Origin: Eledone cirrhosa
Taxonomy: Eukaryota
NCBI GenBank assembly: GCA_964016885.1
Contig: OZ024741.1
Location: 13,330,001 to 13,394,000 of the forward strand
Length of the DNA stretch: 64,000 nucleotides
Reading direction: 5' to 3'
Below are positions 28,668-40,483 of this stretch, in pieces. The first letter of the stretch is position 1. Each line of letters starts with the position of its first letter. The notes below the pieces were generated by a model that was given only the letters and a program-made list of their open reading frames with translations, ran no database searches and had not been told where the DNA came from. A program made the position numbers and the translations under genes.

Positions 28668-30082
28668 TAGTAATAATAATAAATTTGAAGACTAAAATCC
28701 AAAGAGGGCTCGATAAGGATAAATATATATCAAATATATAAGAACCGTAGAGCAAATATTTATTAAAATAACAGATTAAAGTTTAAGCAAAGAATCGCTG
28801 CTTTCACCCTTAACGGGATCTTCTGAAACTAACAAAGTAAATCTGTAAATGCAGAACTGGATATTTCAAAAAACGTTGCAACCGGAGGAAGACAGAAGAC
28901 GATACTTGAGTTCGTGGAAACGTTCGCCGGCTAAGAACGGGAAAAAACGAATAATACGTCATTAATAGGAGCAGTGAAAAACAATTACGCGCAAAGACAG
29001 AACCACGTTTATGGTATAAAAGAGGTCGTAGACTAATGTTCTCTTATGCGGTGCATAGAGACGTTCTCTGGCAATGAACAAAAAAAACGAAGATAATACG
29101 TCATATGTGGAGCGTGGAGAACAATAGCACGCAAAGACAAAACCACGTAAATGGTATAGCAGAAGTCGTAGACTAAATTCTAACTAGGAGACCGAATGAA
29201 TCTCCGCTACAGAGTTAAGAACAAAGTAAATAAATACAATACAGAAGTAATAGAAATAAATAAATAATACACACAAACAAATACGTACATACACAAGCAT
29301 ACGCAAAAATTTACCATAGGTAAACAAAACCACGCACATATAAATATGTGTGTGTGTGTTAGCGTGTATACAAATAAATAAATAATTATATAAACGTATA
29401 TAAATAAATAAATACGTATATAACAAGCGCACACACATACCTACATGTAAATACACGAATGTTCGGAGACGTAAGTCAACCAAAACATGAAGTACATGCA
29501 TACTCACACAGACGCAAAACTCCCGTATACACATAGCCGAACCATATGTACCAGAATATATAAAAGAATTTTACACCATAACAATCAAATATACGTACGA
29601 GAAGGTATACGTACCTTCACAAAACATACGGATAATATATACTTACCTATGCAAATAAGTAAAGGAAAAGGCCAATAAGATCAGTAACCTCCGCAGAATC
29701 ACTGGCGCCCATACTCACGTTGAATGGGGTACTATTGGATTTTTTAATCCAAATAGAGTCGTCGAAATTAATCACCGACTTACGGGCATTGAGGATGACA
29801 TCAACTTCGAAATCCTTAACCACTGTGAGTGTTTTAGCGAAATTGATAGCTCTAAGGAGAAGTGGTAAAGTGATGGAGGAGTAGTAATTGTTGATGTCGA
29901 ATTGGATAAAACGGCAATGTTCCTTGTTACATATGCCGTTGAACCAATCAATCACCGCAAAGGAATTGTTCCACAGTGCAAGAGGGGCCAAACTTCTAAT
30001 TTCAGGTATAATTCTATCAAGAATCGTCTTACTAAGTCTACCTAAATCGGACTTCGTAGGGTTAATAAGCCGAATAGAGGGA
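28668..30082 (-). mobile_element. Penelope-like element: 5'-truncated, internally deleted RT fragment (29650-30082) joined to a non-coding 3' region with a hammerhead-like motif
   Basis: RLINPTKSDLGRLSK...VIDWF...FIQFDINNYYSSI...NARKS...WIKK...FNVSMGASDSAEVTDLIGLFL resembles PLE RT of the Naiad-like group (recalled motif FDVTMGSxDGAEVCELVGL). It stops before the YxDD motif. Confidence 0.75.
28780..28830 (-). ncRNA. Type I hammerhead-like motif with variant core (CAGAAGA)
   Basis: Minus strand reads AGUUU-CAGAAGA-U CCC GUUAA GGG U-GAAA-GCA GCGAUUCUU UGC-UU^AAACU. Confidence 0.6.
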
Positions 30083-30103
30083 TATATATACATATATATA
30101 TAT

Positions 30104-31465
30104 GATGATCTAACGCTCATAGCTGAATCAATGGGATGATCTAACGCTCATAGCTGAATCAATGGGATGATCTAACGCTCATAGCTGAATCAATGACCGA
30201 GCTAGAGAAGAAATTCCAAACATGGAAGCACGGCCTAGAATCAAAAGGCCTTAAAATAAACCTGGCTAAGACTAAAGTTCTAGTTTGTAGGAAAGAAAAT
30301 AAGGCGCCGATCCCTTCCGGGAAATGGCCATGCTCAGTGTGTAGGAAAGGCGTAGGTAGAAACTCCATTTTATGTCCCAAATGCAAAGTATGGGTGCATA
30401 AAAGATGTAGTGGGATCACAGGTAAGCTAACTAAGAACACAGATTTTACATGTGGCCGGTGCTCTGGTGCAATAAGTAGCAGCAAGTGCCCACAAAATAC
30501 TAGCTCTTTCAATAGCTCTTTCAATTGCGCAGAGGGTTCTATAGAAATAGTGGACAGCTTCCGTTACCTGGGTGACAAAATCAGCAGTGGGGGAGGGTGC
30601 TCTGAAAGTACAGTAGCTAGTCAGAACTGGATGGAAAAAGTTCAGAGAGCTTATACCACTATTAGCCGCTAAAGGGTTCTCCCTAAAAATGAAAGGCAGG
30701 TTGTATGATGCCTGCATACGAACAGCAATGTTGCATGGCAGTGAGACCTGGGCATTGTGTGCAGAGGATATACGCAGACTAGAGAGGAACGAAGCGTGCA
30801 TGCTCCGCTGGATGTGTAATAGTAATATACGTGAACGGCAAAGCATAAACGAACTAAGGAAAAAATTAGAAATAAGAGGGATCAGATGTTGTTTACTCGA
30901 GAGAAGGCTACGTTGGTATGGTCACGTGATGCGCATGAAAGACGACAGCTGTATAGCAAAGTGCAGGGCAATAAAGATAGATGGTAGCCACGGAGTAGGC
31001 AGACCCAGAAAAACCTGGGACGAGCTGATAAATTCCGACCTTACACACTTACACCTCTCCAAGACAATGTCACTGGACCTAGACCTTTGGCGGTACTCAG
31101 TAATAGAGAAGACCCGCCTTACCTAAATACAAAGTAAAACCTACTACAGTCGGCAGGCATCTCTAACAAAATACACTGTTGGTGCCACAACATCCAGGCG
31201 GAAAAAAAAAAACATGAGATCGTGTAGGTGTCATGACAAAAAAAAAACACAGTCCACGCTGTAATGTGGCCGTGTAGGCAACACGGTAAAAACCTCCCAG
31301 CCCCACACTGTAAATGTGGTTGGTGTTAGGAAGGGCATCCAACTATAGAAAACCCGCCAGACAGTCCTATGCGAGCAAGACAACCACTCTTGCCTCAAGT
31401 GGGAAAACTCTCGTCCAAACCCATGCAAGCGTGGAACACGGACGTTAAACGATGATGATGATGAT
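30104..31465 (+). mobile_element. 5'-truncated RTE family A with PHD-like finger, frameshift near 30620 and (GAT)n tail
   Basis: ORFs 30193-30672 and 30689-31126 (CSVC...CPKC...HKRC...CGRC; SFRYLG; GSETW; RLRWYGHV; GRPRKTW). A 31-bp triplication sits at the 5' junction. Confidence 0.92.
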
Positions 31466-31499
31466 ATATATATATATATATATATACATATATATATAA

Positions 31500-31542
<43 letters not shown>

Positions 31543-31586
31543 CATATATATATAATTCATATATATATATATATATATATATATAA

Positions 31587-31627
<41 letters not shown>

Positions 31628-31628
<1 letters not shown>

Positions 31629-31746
31629 AAGGCGTGTGGCTGAGTGGTTAGAGAATTGGATTCGCAATCGTAAGGTTGTGAGTTCGATTCCTGGACCAGG
31701 CGATGCGTTATGTCCTTGAGCAAGACACTTTATTTCACGTTGCTCC
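31628..31746 (+). mobile_element. tRNA/CORE SINE 5' fragment
   Basis: TGGCTGAGTGG...GAGTTCGATTCC...GTCCTTGAGCAAGACACTTTA. Confidence 0.8.
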
Positions 31747-31844
31747 TTCTACCTGGAGTTGCGACCGATAGATAGTATTAGCAATTGGAAAGACCAACGG
31801 AAACATTGTTCCCTCGGTCCGATTTGACGAAAGTCGATCGTTTA

Positions 31845-31861
<17 letters not shown>

Positions 31862-31893
<32 letters not shown>

Positions 31894-32864
31894 TATATAT
31901 ATAATTCATATATATATATATATATATATATCATATATATATAATTTATATATATATATATATATATATATAATTCATATATATATAATTTATATATATA
32001 TATATATCATATATATATAATTCATATACATATATATATATATATAATTCATATACATATATATATATATATATATATAATTCATATACATATATATATA
32101 TAATTCATATATATATTTCATATACATATATATATATATATAATTCATATACATATATATATATATATATAATACATATATATATATATATAATTCATAT
32201 ATATATAATTCATATACATATAATATATATATATATATCATATATATATAATTTATATATATATATATATATAATGGAAAAATTTGAACAGGAACAAAAC
32301 AGAGAGGCAGTACAACGAATGTTTATTAATTTCACGCTCTGGAGAGTGGGGTGGTGGTGGGGAACGACGTTTCGGTTATAAGCCTCAAGTGAGAAGTGTG
32401 TGGGAACAGAGTTCAAAGGGTGTGTAGGGGAGTGGTGGAGAGACATATAGCGAAAGGAAACGGTGCGAATGAAATTAAAAATAAAAATTAAAATAAAGCA
32501 TGATCAAAATAAACTGAAATTAAAAAAAGGGTAAAACAGGTGGTGGAAGGGTGTGGGGTGTGTAGGTATGGTGGCGGGTGGAGTGGGGAGAGGGAGACGG
32601 GGTGTCCGAGCAGGGAGGGCTGAAGGTGGTGTAGGTGTACGTGTGTATATATATATCATATATATATAATTCATATATATATAATTCAAATACATATATA
32701 TATATAATTCATATATATATAATTCATATACATATATATATATATATAATTCATATATATATAATTCATATATATATATAATTCATATACTTATATATAT
32801 ATATATATATATCATATATATATAATTCATATATATACATATATATATCATATATATATAATTC

Positions 32865-32901
<37 letters not shown>

Positions 32902-32952
32902 ATATATATATAATTCATATATATACATATATATATCATATATATATAATTC

Positions 32953-32995
<43 letters not shown>

Positions 32996-33055
32996 TCATA
33001 TATATATAATTCATATATATATATATCATATATATATAATTCATATATATATATT

Positions 33056-33085
<30 letters not shown>
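31862..33085. repeat. (TA)n microsatellite with TAATTCA variants, interrupted by a purine-rich island at 32274-32645
   Basis: Directly visible. Confidence 0.95.
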
Positions 33086-33086
<1 letters not shown>

Positions 33087-33449
33087 AGGGATAACAAAAT
33101 ATCGTTACAGGTAATCCAGTTAGATGTTGTGAGTACTTCTTATCATGGATAGTTTTAGTGTTCGGCGTTGCTTGACTCAACAAGAGGTTCACGTAGATGA
33201 CGAGTTTATGACTTCACTTGTATTCCTGTGTAAGTTTATCTTGGAGTAATAATACTGAAAATATATATATATCATCATTTAACATCCATATATGCTTGTG
33301 AGATAAGAGAGATCATGTGTGTGAGTGTGTGTGTGTGTGTATATATATATATACACATCTATGTAAAAGGTAAACAGAAATAACAAAACAAACAGCACAG
33401 TATATGGAAGGAACATATTAGTTTAATGCTCAAAATAGCTGGAAGAGGG

Positions 33450-33485
33450 TCTTAACGTTTTGGATGCTAGTCCTTTATCAGAAGA
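33450..33485 (-). ncRNA. Degenerate minimal hammerhead (PLE pLTR relic)
   Basis: Minus strand reads UCUU-CUGAUAA-A GGA CUAGCA UCC-AAAACGUU^AAGA. Two core G>A changes, so probably inactive. Confidence 0.45.
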
Positions 33486-34179
33486 AAGATTGTGGGAATG
33501 TTTACATATAAAGAGTAAAGACCCTCTTTGGTGCAATGGCGATGGAATTAGAGTTAGAAAAGTTCCCTTCCAAGGCATGAGCCCTGGTAAAGTCTATATA
33601 TGGAAGACCGGCAGCAAAAAAAAAATTTAGATTAATCCTTCTGCTACCTTTTATTATTATTTTTTTGTTCTCTACGGAACATTGGACAATGAGAAATCTC
33701 CATTCCACATGGTCGCAAACCCTGTCACAGACCTGCTCCTAGGCTAAATTCATATTTGCCAGGTTTTTTTCGACAGACCTCAACCACGTCTTGGCAAGTC
33801 TGTCTTGATTCTTCCTTCATCCAGTTTTGGCTCCCACTCCAGGGAGGCCCTCACTGCCCTCTTCATATATATCACATGGCCTAGTGCCTTCTACTGTTAT
33901 ACAGTGATGATATCCTATAGGTTACTCAGCTTTTTGATACCCCGGCCAAAAGAGGTTCTGGTCCTGTGAAACAAAACCAACATTTTTAAAGGGTTCCTAA
34001 TTAAATTAAAATCTCACATAATTTTCTATGAGATTCATATCTTTGTAATAGAATAATTAATAATCTTAGTAAATCCCTCAAAATTCTTCATTAATTAATT
34101 GCCATAGAATGCATTTCATTAGAAATACCATGACAAAAGGATTTCTATGGTAACATGTCTTTACATTGAACAAATGATG

Positions 34180-34550
34180 TCTGTTTACATTCTAAGTTCA
34201 AATCCCACCAAGAAGTACTTTGCTATTCCATTCATTCAGGGTTGATAAAATAAAGTACCAGTAAAGTACTGAGGTTGATGTAATCAACATTCCCCTGTCC
34301 CACAAACTGTTGGCATTATGTCTAAATTAGAAACCATTATTATTATTGTTAAGGGCGGTGGATCGGCAGTATCGGTAGAGAGTCGGATGACATGCTTTGC
34401 AGCAAAGAGTTATGGCCCTTTATGGTCCGAGTTCAAATCCCGCCGAGGTTAACTTTGCCTTTCATCCTTACAGGGTCGATAAAATAAAGTACCAGTAATG
34501 CACTGGGATAATTGCTGGCCTTGTACCAAGAGTAGAAATAATTATTATTA
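34180..34550 (+). mobile_element. Two tandem copies of a Nin/Deu-domain-like SINE ending in (ATT)n
   Basis: B box GAGTTCAAATCCC and core TTTGCCTTTCATCCTTACAGGGTCGATAAAATAAAGTACCAGT. Other copies: 38443-38670, 39240-39388, 40138-40370, 53925-54092, 56280-56608, 61642-61822 (-), 62455-62607. Confidence 0.75.
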
Positions 34551-34708
34551 TTGTTGTTTCTTCATACTCAGACTGATCTTCCGTTGTCAAAATTCCATTT
34601 CAGGACCCTTGGTCATAACAAATAACCAAGGGTCTTACAGTTCCTCATCAACCACTACATTTGTAGAACCCTTCTAAAAATTCTGGCTGTTTCCAGAATA
34701 TATATATA

Positions 34709-35776
34709 TCATCATCATCGTTTAACGTCCATATTCCACGCTTGCATGGGTTTGGACGGGAGTTTTCCCACTTGCGGCAAGAGTGGTTGTCTTGCTCGCA
34801 TAGGACTGTCTGGCGGGTTTTCTACAGCTGGATGCCCTTCCTAACACCAACCACATTTACAGTGTGGGACTGGGAGGTTTTTACCGTGTTACCTACACGG
34901 CCACATTACAGCGTGGGCTGTGTGTTTTTTTTTGTCGTGACACCTACACGACCATTTGTTTCGGCCTGGTTGTTGTGACACCAACATAACTTTACATTGA
35001 AAGGGGCGGTGTGGATGGGGTGGGGGTGGTGGGACGGAGGTGTATTTTGTTAGAGGTGCCTACTGACTGTAGTAGGTTTTACTTTGTATTTAAGTAAGGC
35101 AGGTCTTCTCTATTACTGAGTACCGCCAAAGATGTCGGTCCAGTGACATTGTCTTGGAGAGGTGTAAGTGTGTGAGGTCGGAATTTATCAAGTCGTCCCA
35201 GGTTTTTCTGGGTCTGCCTACTCCGTGGCTACCGTCTATCTTTATTGCCCTGCACTTTTTTATACAGCTGTTGTCTTTCATGCGCATCACGTGACCATAC
35301 CAACGTAGCCTTCTCACGAGTAAACAACATCTGATCCCTCTTATTTCTAATTTTTCCCTTAGTTCGTTAATGCTTTGCCGTTCACGTATATTACTATTAC
35401 ACATCCAGCAGAGCATGCAAGCTTCGTTCCTCTCTAGTCTGCGTATATCCTCTGCACACAATGCCCAGGTCTCACTGCCATGCAACATTGCTGTTTGTAT
35501 GCAGGCATCATACAACCTGCCTTTCATTTTTAGGGAGAACCCTTTAGCGGCTAATAGTGGTATAAGCTCTCTGAACTTTTTCCATCCAGTTCTGACTCTA
35601 GCTACTGTACTTTCAGAACACCCTCCCCCACTGCTGATTTTGTCACCCAGGTAACGGAAGCTGTCCACTATTTCTATAGAACCCTCTGCGCAATTGAAAG
35701 AGCTAGTATTTTGTGGCAACTTGCTGCTACTTATTGCACCAGAGCACCGGCCACATGTAAAATCTATGTTCTTAGT
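34709..35776 (-). mobile_element. 5'-truncated RTE family A
   Basis: ORF 35090-35833 (from TKNIDFTCGRC onward), 3' UTR and (CAT)n at 34709-34719. Confidence 0.92.
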
Positions 35777-35788
35777 TATATATATATA

Positions 35789-35832
<44 letters not shown>

Positions 35833-35834
35833 TA

Positions 35835-36300
35835 GTGCCTTTTGCACTAACTCAGTACACATTTCAACACCAATCTTCTTCTTTGCCCACTTATTCCTGA
35901 GAGGGTCGTGGGGGCAGACTCCTCAAGCACTCCCTCAAGAGAGTCCTGTCTGAAGCAATTGTCTCCAACAGATCTGGCTCAAGGATGTTATCAAACTATC
36001 TTGCTCGGGGTCTACCCCCGGGTCTGCTGCCAGTTAGTTTTGCCCATAAAATCTGTCCAATGATTCTTTCCTGAGACATTCTAACCACATGGCTGTAGTA
36101 TTGGAGCTATGATCTCTCAATTTGGAGAAGTAGCGGCACTACCTGGAGTGACTCTAGTCTCCAAACTACACACTCTATTGAGTAATGTTACAACAAAGAC
36201 CCTTCAGTGGAACCCTATTTTGACCACTTGTATTTGCAATCATATTCTTTTGGTCATTACCCAAGATTCATGACCATAGGTAAGGGTTGGCACAAATAAT
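35835..36300 (-). pseudogene. Old degenerate RTE-like ORF 3' remnant
   Basis: The minus strand gives WAKLTGSRPGGRPR-like and other RTE C-terminal-like residues, with stops. Confidence 0.45.
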
Positions 36301-36379
36301 GGATTTTGCATCTTGTTTGTCAGAACACGAAGAACTCTGACAACTTCTAGAATGACCTCCTCTACCCTATTCAATTCTC

Positions 36380-36620
36380 AAACTCATTTTATTTCATGTT
36401 TCAGGTTTTGATATTTTTCATCCTTGTCATCTCCAGGTGCCGCTATGTCTGTCAAAAGACAATGTCTTTTTCTTGTCTACTTGTAATAGATTGTCTTCTT
36501 ACTGTGATATATCATCATATTTTATGTTGAAGTCCCATATAAGGACTTTGATTTTTCCAGCACGACCTTAGGTTTTTTTCTCATACCATTATTATTGTTA
36601 TGTACAATTACAAGGCATTT
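36380..36620 (-). pseudogene. Degenerate restriction-like endonuclease region of an R4/Dong-type non-LTR element
   Basis: Minus-strand fragments LIWDFNIK and KKRHCLLTDIAAPGDDKDEKYQNLKHEIK. Confidence 0.55.
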
Positions 36621-36789
36621 ACCTTCTAATGTGTTGCTCCCTTTACCATCAGCATTTTGTGTTAACCCTTTAGTTACCTAGCCAGAACTCACTCTGCTTC
36701 AATGAAATAAAACCACCTATTTTAAATTAAAATCTTCCAACATAATTTTATATAGGAACCTTACATTAAGTTACTATTTTAGTAAGGAA

Positions 36790-37020
36790 ATCATCATCAT
36801 CATCGTTTAATGTCTATCTTCCACGCTAGCATGGGTTAGACGGGAATTGTCCCATTTGAGGTAAGATTGGTCGAGTGACTATGTCTCACTCGTATAGGAC
36901 TATCTGGCAGGTTTTCTACGGTTGGATGCCCTTCCTAACACCAACCACATTTAGAGTGTAGACTGGGAGCTTTTTACCATGTTACCTACACGACCACTCT
37001 ACAGCGTGGACTGTGTTTTT
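36790..37020 (-). mobile_element. RTE 3' UTR only
   Basis: (CAT)n followed by GGATGCCCTTCCTAACACCAACC. Confidence 0.85.
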
Positions 37021-37129
37021 TTCCTTTTTTTTCTCTTCCTTCTTTTTCTTTCTCCTTCCCTTCCTTTTTTTCTTTTTCTTTTCGCCCTTTTTTTTGTTAA
37101 TTAAAACAGAGTGTATTTCATGTTCTCCA

Positions 37130-37395
37130 CCTGCTGCCAGATCATCCTACCAGGGCCTTACTCTCATTTGATGCAGCAGCTGGAATAGGCCCCATGGCAT
37201 GCCCTGCACCAGATGGCTGGATATCACCAAGGAAGATCTCCAGAGGCTCGACTTCACATTGGAGGATGCAGAGGAGCTGGCATAGGACTGCAAACAATGG
37301 AGGGCACTGGTGCGCCTGGTCAGTTTTACACATGATGCCTCTGGGACCACTGACCTAGGATGACCCCAGTCTCATCGAGAAAGAACAAGAAGAAA
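37130..37395 (+). pseudogene. Degenerate C-terminus of another RTE-like family
   Basis: Translates to WNRPHGMPCTRWLDITKEDLQRL...A*DCKQWRALV. Confidence 0.6.
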
Positions 37396-38396
37396 AAGTA
37401 ATATTTAATTATTTTAGTAAATCTCTCAACATTTTTCATTAATTAATTGAATTAGAGTGTATTTCATTAGAAATGTCATGAAAGGGTTAATCGGTCCATC
37501 TCAAATTCATGTTTTGTCCATTCAAATCTTGTCACCTGTACCTCTTGATTGCGACTGTCCATACATTTATGGCCACTACATTTCAGGTATTGAGTTTTCT
37601 TACCAACAATCGTTCCAAATATTTTTACTTTATGATGATGATAGTTTACATTTTCTTGTCCATACTATCTTCCACCTCTTAGATACCTAAATTCTTGTAG
37701 TCCCTATTCTTAGGTTCTGCTATAGATTCTCCTTTTGGTGGCTCAATCCCATTGCTTTGCACTTGTTACCATTTCCTGTGTGAGTAGACTTAGATATATG
37801 AAATTCCATTCTTATCCAGCTGTAAAAACCCTGGCTCGTTGGAGCAAAGTACGGCATGGTCAATTCTGGCCAGACTTGTCTCTCGGTGTGGACGACCCGT
37901 CTAACCCATGCAAGCATGGAAAATGGACGTTAAACAGTGATGATGATGATGATATCCTTGTAGCAGAGGAACACTGTGTCAGAGAATCAACCTATTTTTT
38001 ACTTTCCTCCCAAATAATCTAAGGGGCTAGGTAAGAAAGATGAAAATTATCTGGTTTACTAAAGTTGAGTTGCATTGAAGTGTGAAATTGACTTGGACAC
38101 AGATTATAGAATATAGAGGACAAGAAACAAACATTGATTGATGTGTATGTTGTATTGGATGGTGAAGTTGAGGAAAATGAGTTGACCTCTGAGAGTTCTG
38201 GTGTTGGAAGTTGGGTAATGAAAAGCAGGAAGCAGGGAATATTAGATAGATTGAGGGAGATGTTTAGAAGTAAAGAAATGGAGAAGCCATACAATTTGAG
38301 GTACATAAAAGGACATTAAACAGAAGTGACTGCCAAAATAGTTTGTCCTAAACTGTATACAAACAGATGACATAACTAAAACAAAGAAGCTACTAC

Positions 38397-38442
<46 letters not shown>

Positions 38443-38443
<1 letters not shown>

Positions 38444-38670
38444 GGTTGGTGGATTGGCAGTATTGGTAGAGTGTCAGACACTATGCTTTGCAGTATAGTT
38501 ATGGTCCTTTACATTCTGAGTTCAAATCCTGCCAAGGTTAGCTTTGCCTTTCATCCTTACGGGGTCAATAAAATGAAGCACCAGTAATGAATTGGGGCCG
38601 ATTTAATTGACTTTCCCCTCCCTTAAAATTGTTGGCCTTGTACCTAAAGTAGAAATAATTATCATTATTA
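38443..38670 (+). mobile_element. Nin/Deu-like SINE in an (ATT)n tract
   Basis: Homologous to 34350-34550 and preceded by (ATT)n at 38397-38443. Confidence 0.75.
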
Positions 38671-39389
38671 CTAGCTGGCCCAGTACCATCAAAAATGATG
38701 GCTAATTGTAATATCTATACATAATATAAAAAAGAGATGTTTGTTTGTTGGTTCCTTCGTGGTTCCTTCGCGTTCACTCACATAAGTGATACAAACATGC
38801 AAACACACAGATGTGACGAATCTTAGAACACAGGACTTCTATAGTTTATTACCTCCTTCCTTCCTCAGTCATCACATAGATGTGTGTGTGTATGTAATAA
38901 TTATTTTTTCTATGAGTATCTATATATATATATATGTGTGCAGATTCGTGTGCGTTTGTAATTCTATTGTCTATGTACCTTTCTAGATAAACACACAAAC
39001 ACATATACACTCACACAAATATTGTATATAAATATAATTTACACAAACACTCACATAATCATAACAGCCAATGTGTGTAGCCAATTTGTTATACATACAG
39101 ACACACAGGTGTAGTGAATATTAGATGCTGTCACCCTTCCTTCTTTGGTCGATGCTATCACCCCTTCCTTAGTCATCTCTAGTGTGTGACAGACACAAGG
39201 GTATTATATTAGTAGATTATCAGTTTTAATAGAGCATTGGACAAATCCCACCAAGGTTAACATTGCCTTTCATTCATACGGGATCGATAAATTAAAGTAC
39301 CAGTAATGCACTGGGGTTGATTTAATCAAATTTCCCCTTCCCCAATATTGCTGGCCTTGTGCCTATATAAGAAACCATTATTATTATTG

Positions 39390-39790
39390 TGTGTCATCAC
39401 TGTATTACTGAGCACAGCTCTGTGTGCCTTGGGTATGTGCAGTGTTTTTATTTCTATTGTATTAAGAGTACTCAATCTGTGTGCAGTGCTTAATAGTGTT
39501 ATTTTCTATATATATTGTATATTTTTGTAAGTGTCGGGTTTTGGTTGTGCATCTGTCCGTGTGTTATTTTACCACTCCCAGAGCACCTGTTATTATAGGT
39601 ATTGTTTCGACCTTCATCATCCATATTCAGATTATTCTATCTCCAAATCTTAAAAGCCGGATAATTTCTCCATTTCCTTGTGAGATATATTGTCATCTGT
39701 GGGAATAGAAGACATTAATATCTAGTCAGTTGTCTTTGATCTTCCTGTCTCCCAGAGAATGGCTGCTTTGTCATTCTCTGACACCTTTTC
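39390..39790 (-). mobile_element. Dong/R4-like non-LTR 3' remnant
   Basis: The minus strand has DLEIE...ETIPIITGAL...ITLLSTAHRL-like residues. 3' UTR CACATACCCAAGGCACACAGAGCTGTGCTCAG ends at (AAT)n. A short copy lies at 40400-40480, and related ends at 34560-34700 and 39930-40110. Confidence 0.6.
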
Positions 39791-40483
39791 TGGTGAATCT
39801 TTGTGCTATCTTTTTTCTGTTTATATTTTGTAGTGTTGGCATAATTTCTGATATATATAAATCCCAGCTCTATATCTTTGGCTAAGACTGCTATTCAGAT
39901 TACAAGATATCAAACTGTTGCAGCCTTGGGTATATCTAACATTTTTCATATTCTTGCTGTGCCAAACAAAACTTCTGCAGAGATCCAACATCTTCAACTT
40001 ACCATTCTAACTTGGAGCCATTCCTAAGGCTCCTCACACAATTCACATGATAACAATTTGGCAGCAATTCCAGTTTCTCTGCATTTCCCATTTCAGGTCT
40101 TGTTACTTGAGTTTGTTTTATTATTGTTGTTGTTGTTAAGGCAGTGGATTGGTAGAATCGGTAGAGCATAGGACAACATGCTTTATGGCCTAGAGTTATG
40201 TCCCTTAATGTTCTAAGTTCAAATCATTCCAAGGTTAGCCTTACCTTTCATCCTTACGAGGTCGATAAATTAAAGTACCAGTAATACACTGGGGTTGATT
40301 TAATTGACCTTCCCCTCCATCCAACTTGTTGGCCTTGTGCCTAAATTAGAAACCATTATCATTATTGTTGTTTGTTATTGTTACTTATATTTTCATTGTG
40401 TTGTCACAGCATAACTGAGCACAGCTCTGTGTGTGTCTTGGGTACACGTAGTATGTTTTGGTGCTATTGTTTAGAATGTTATG

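Noticed and set aside
25036-30225. RTE pieces at 23742-25093 and 30104-31465 as one interrupted element
   Set aside because: Their ~58-bp overlap differs at several positions, indicating separate copies.
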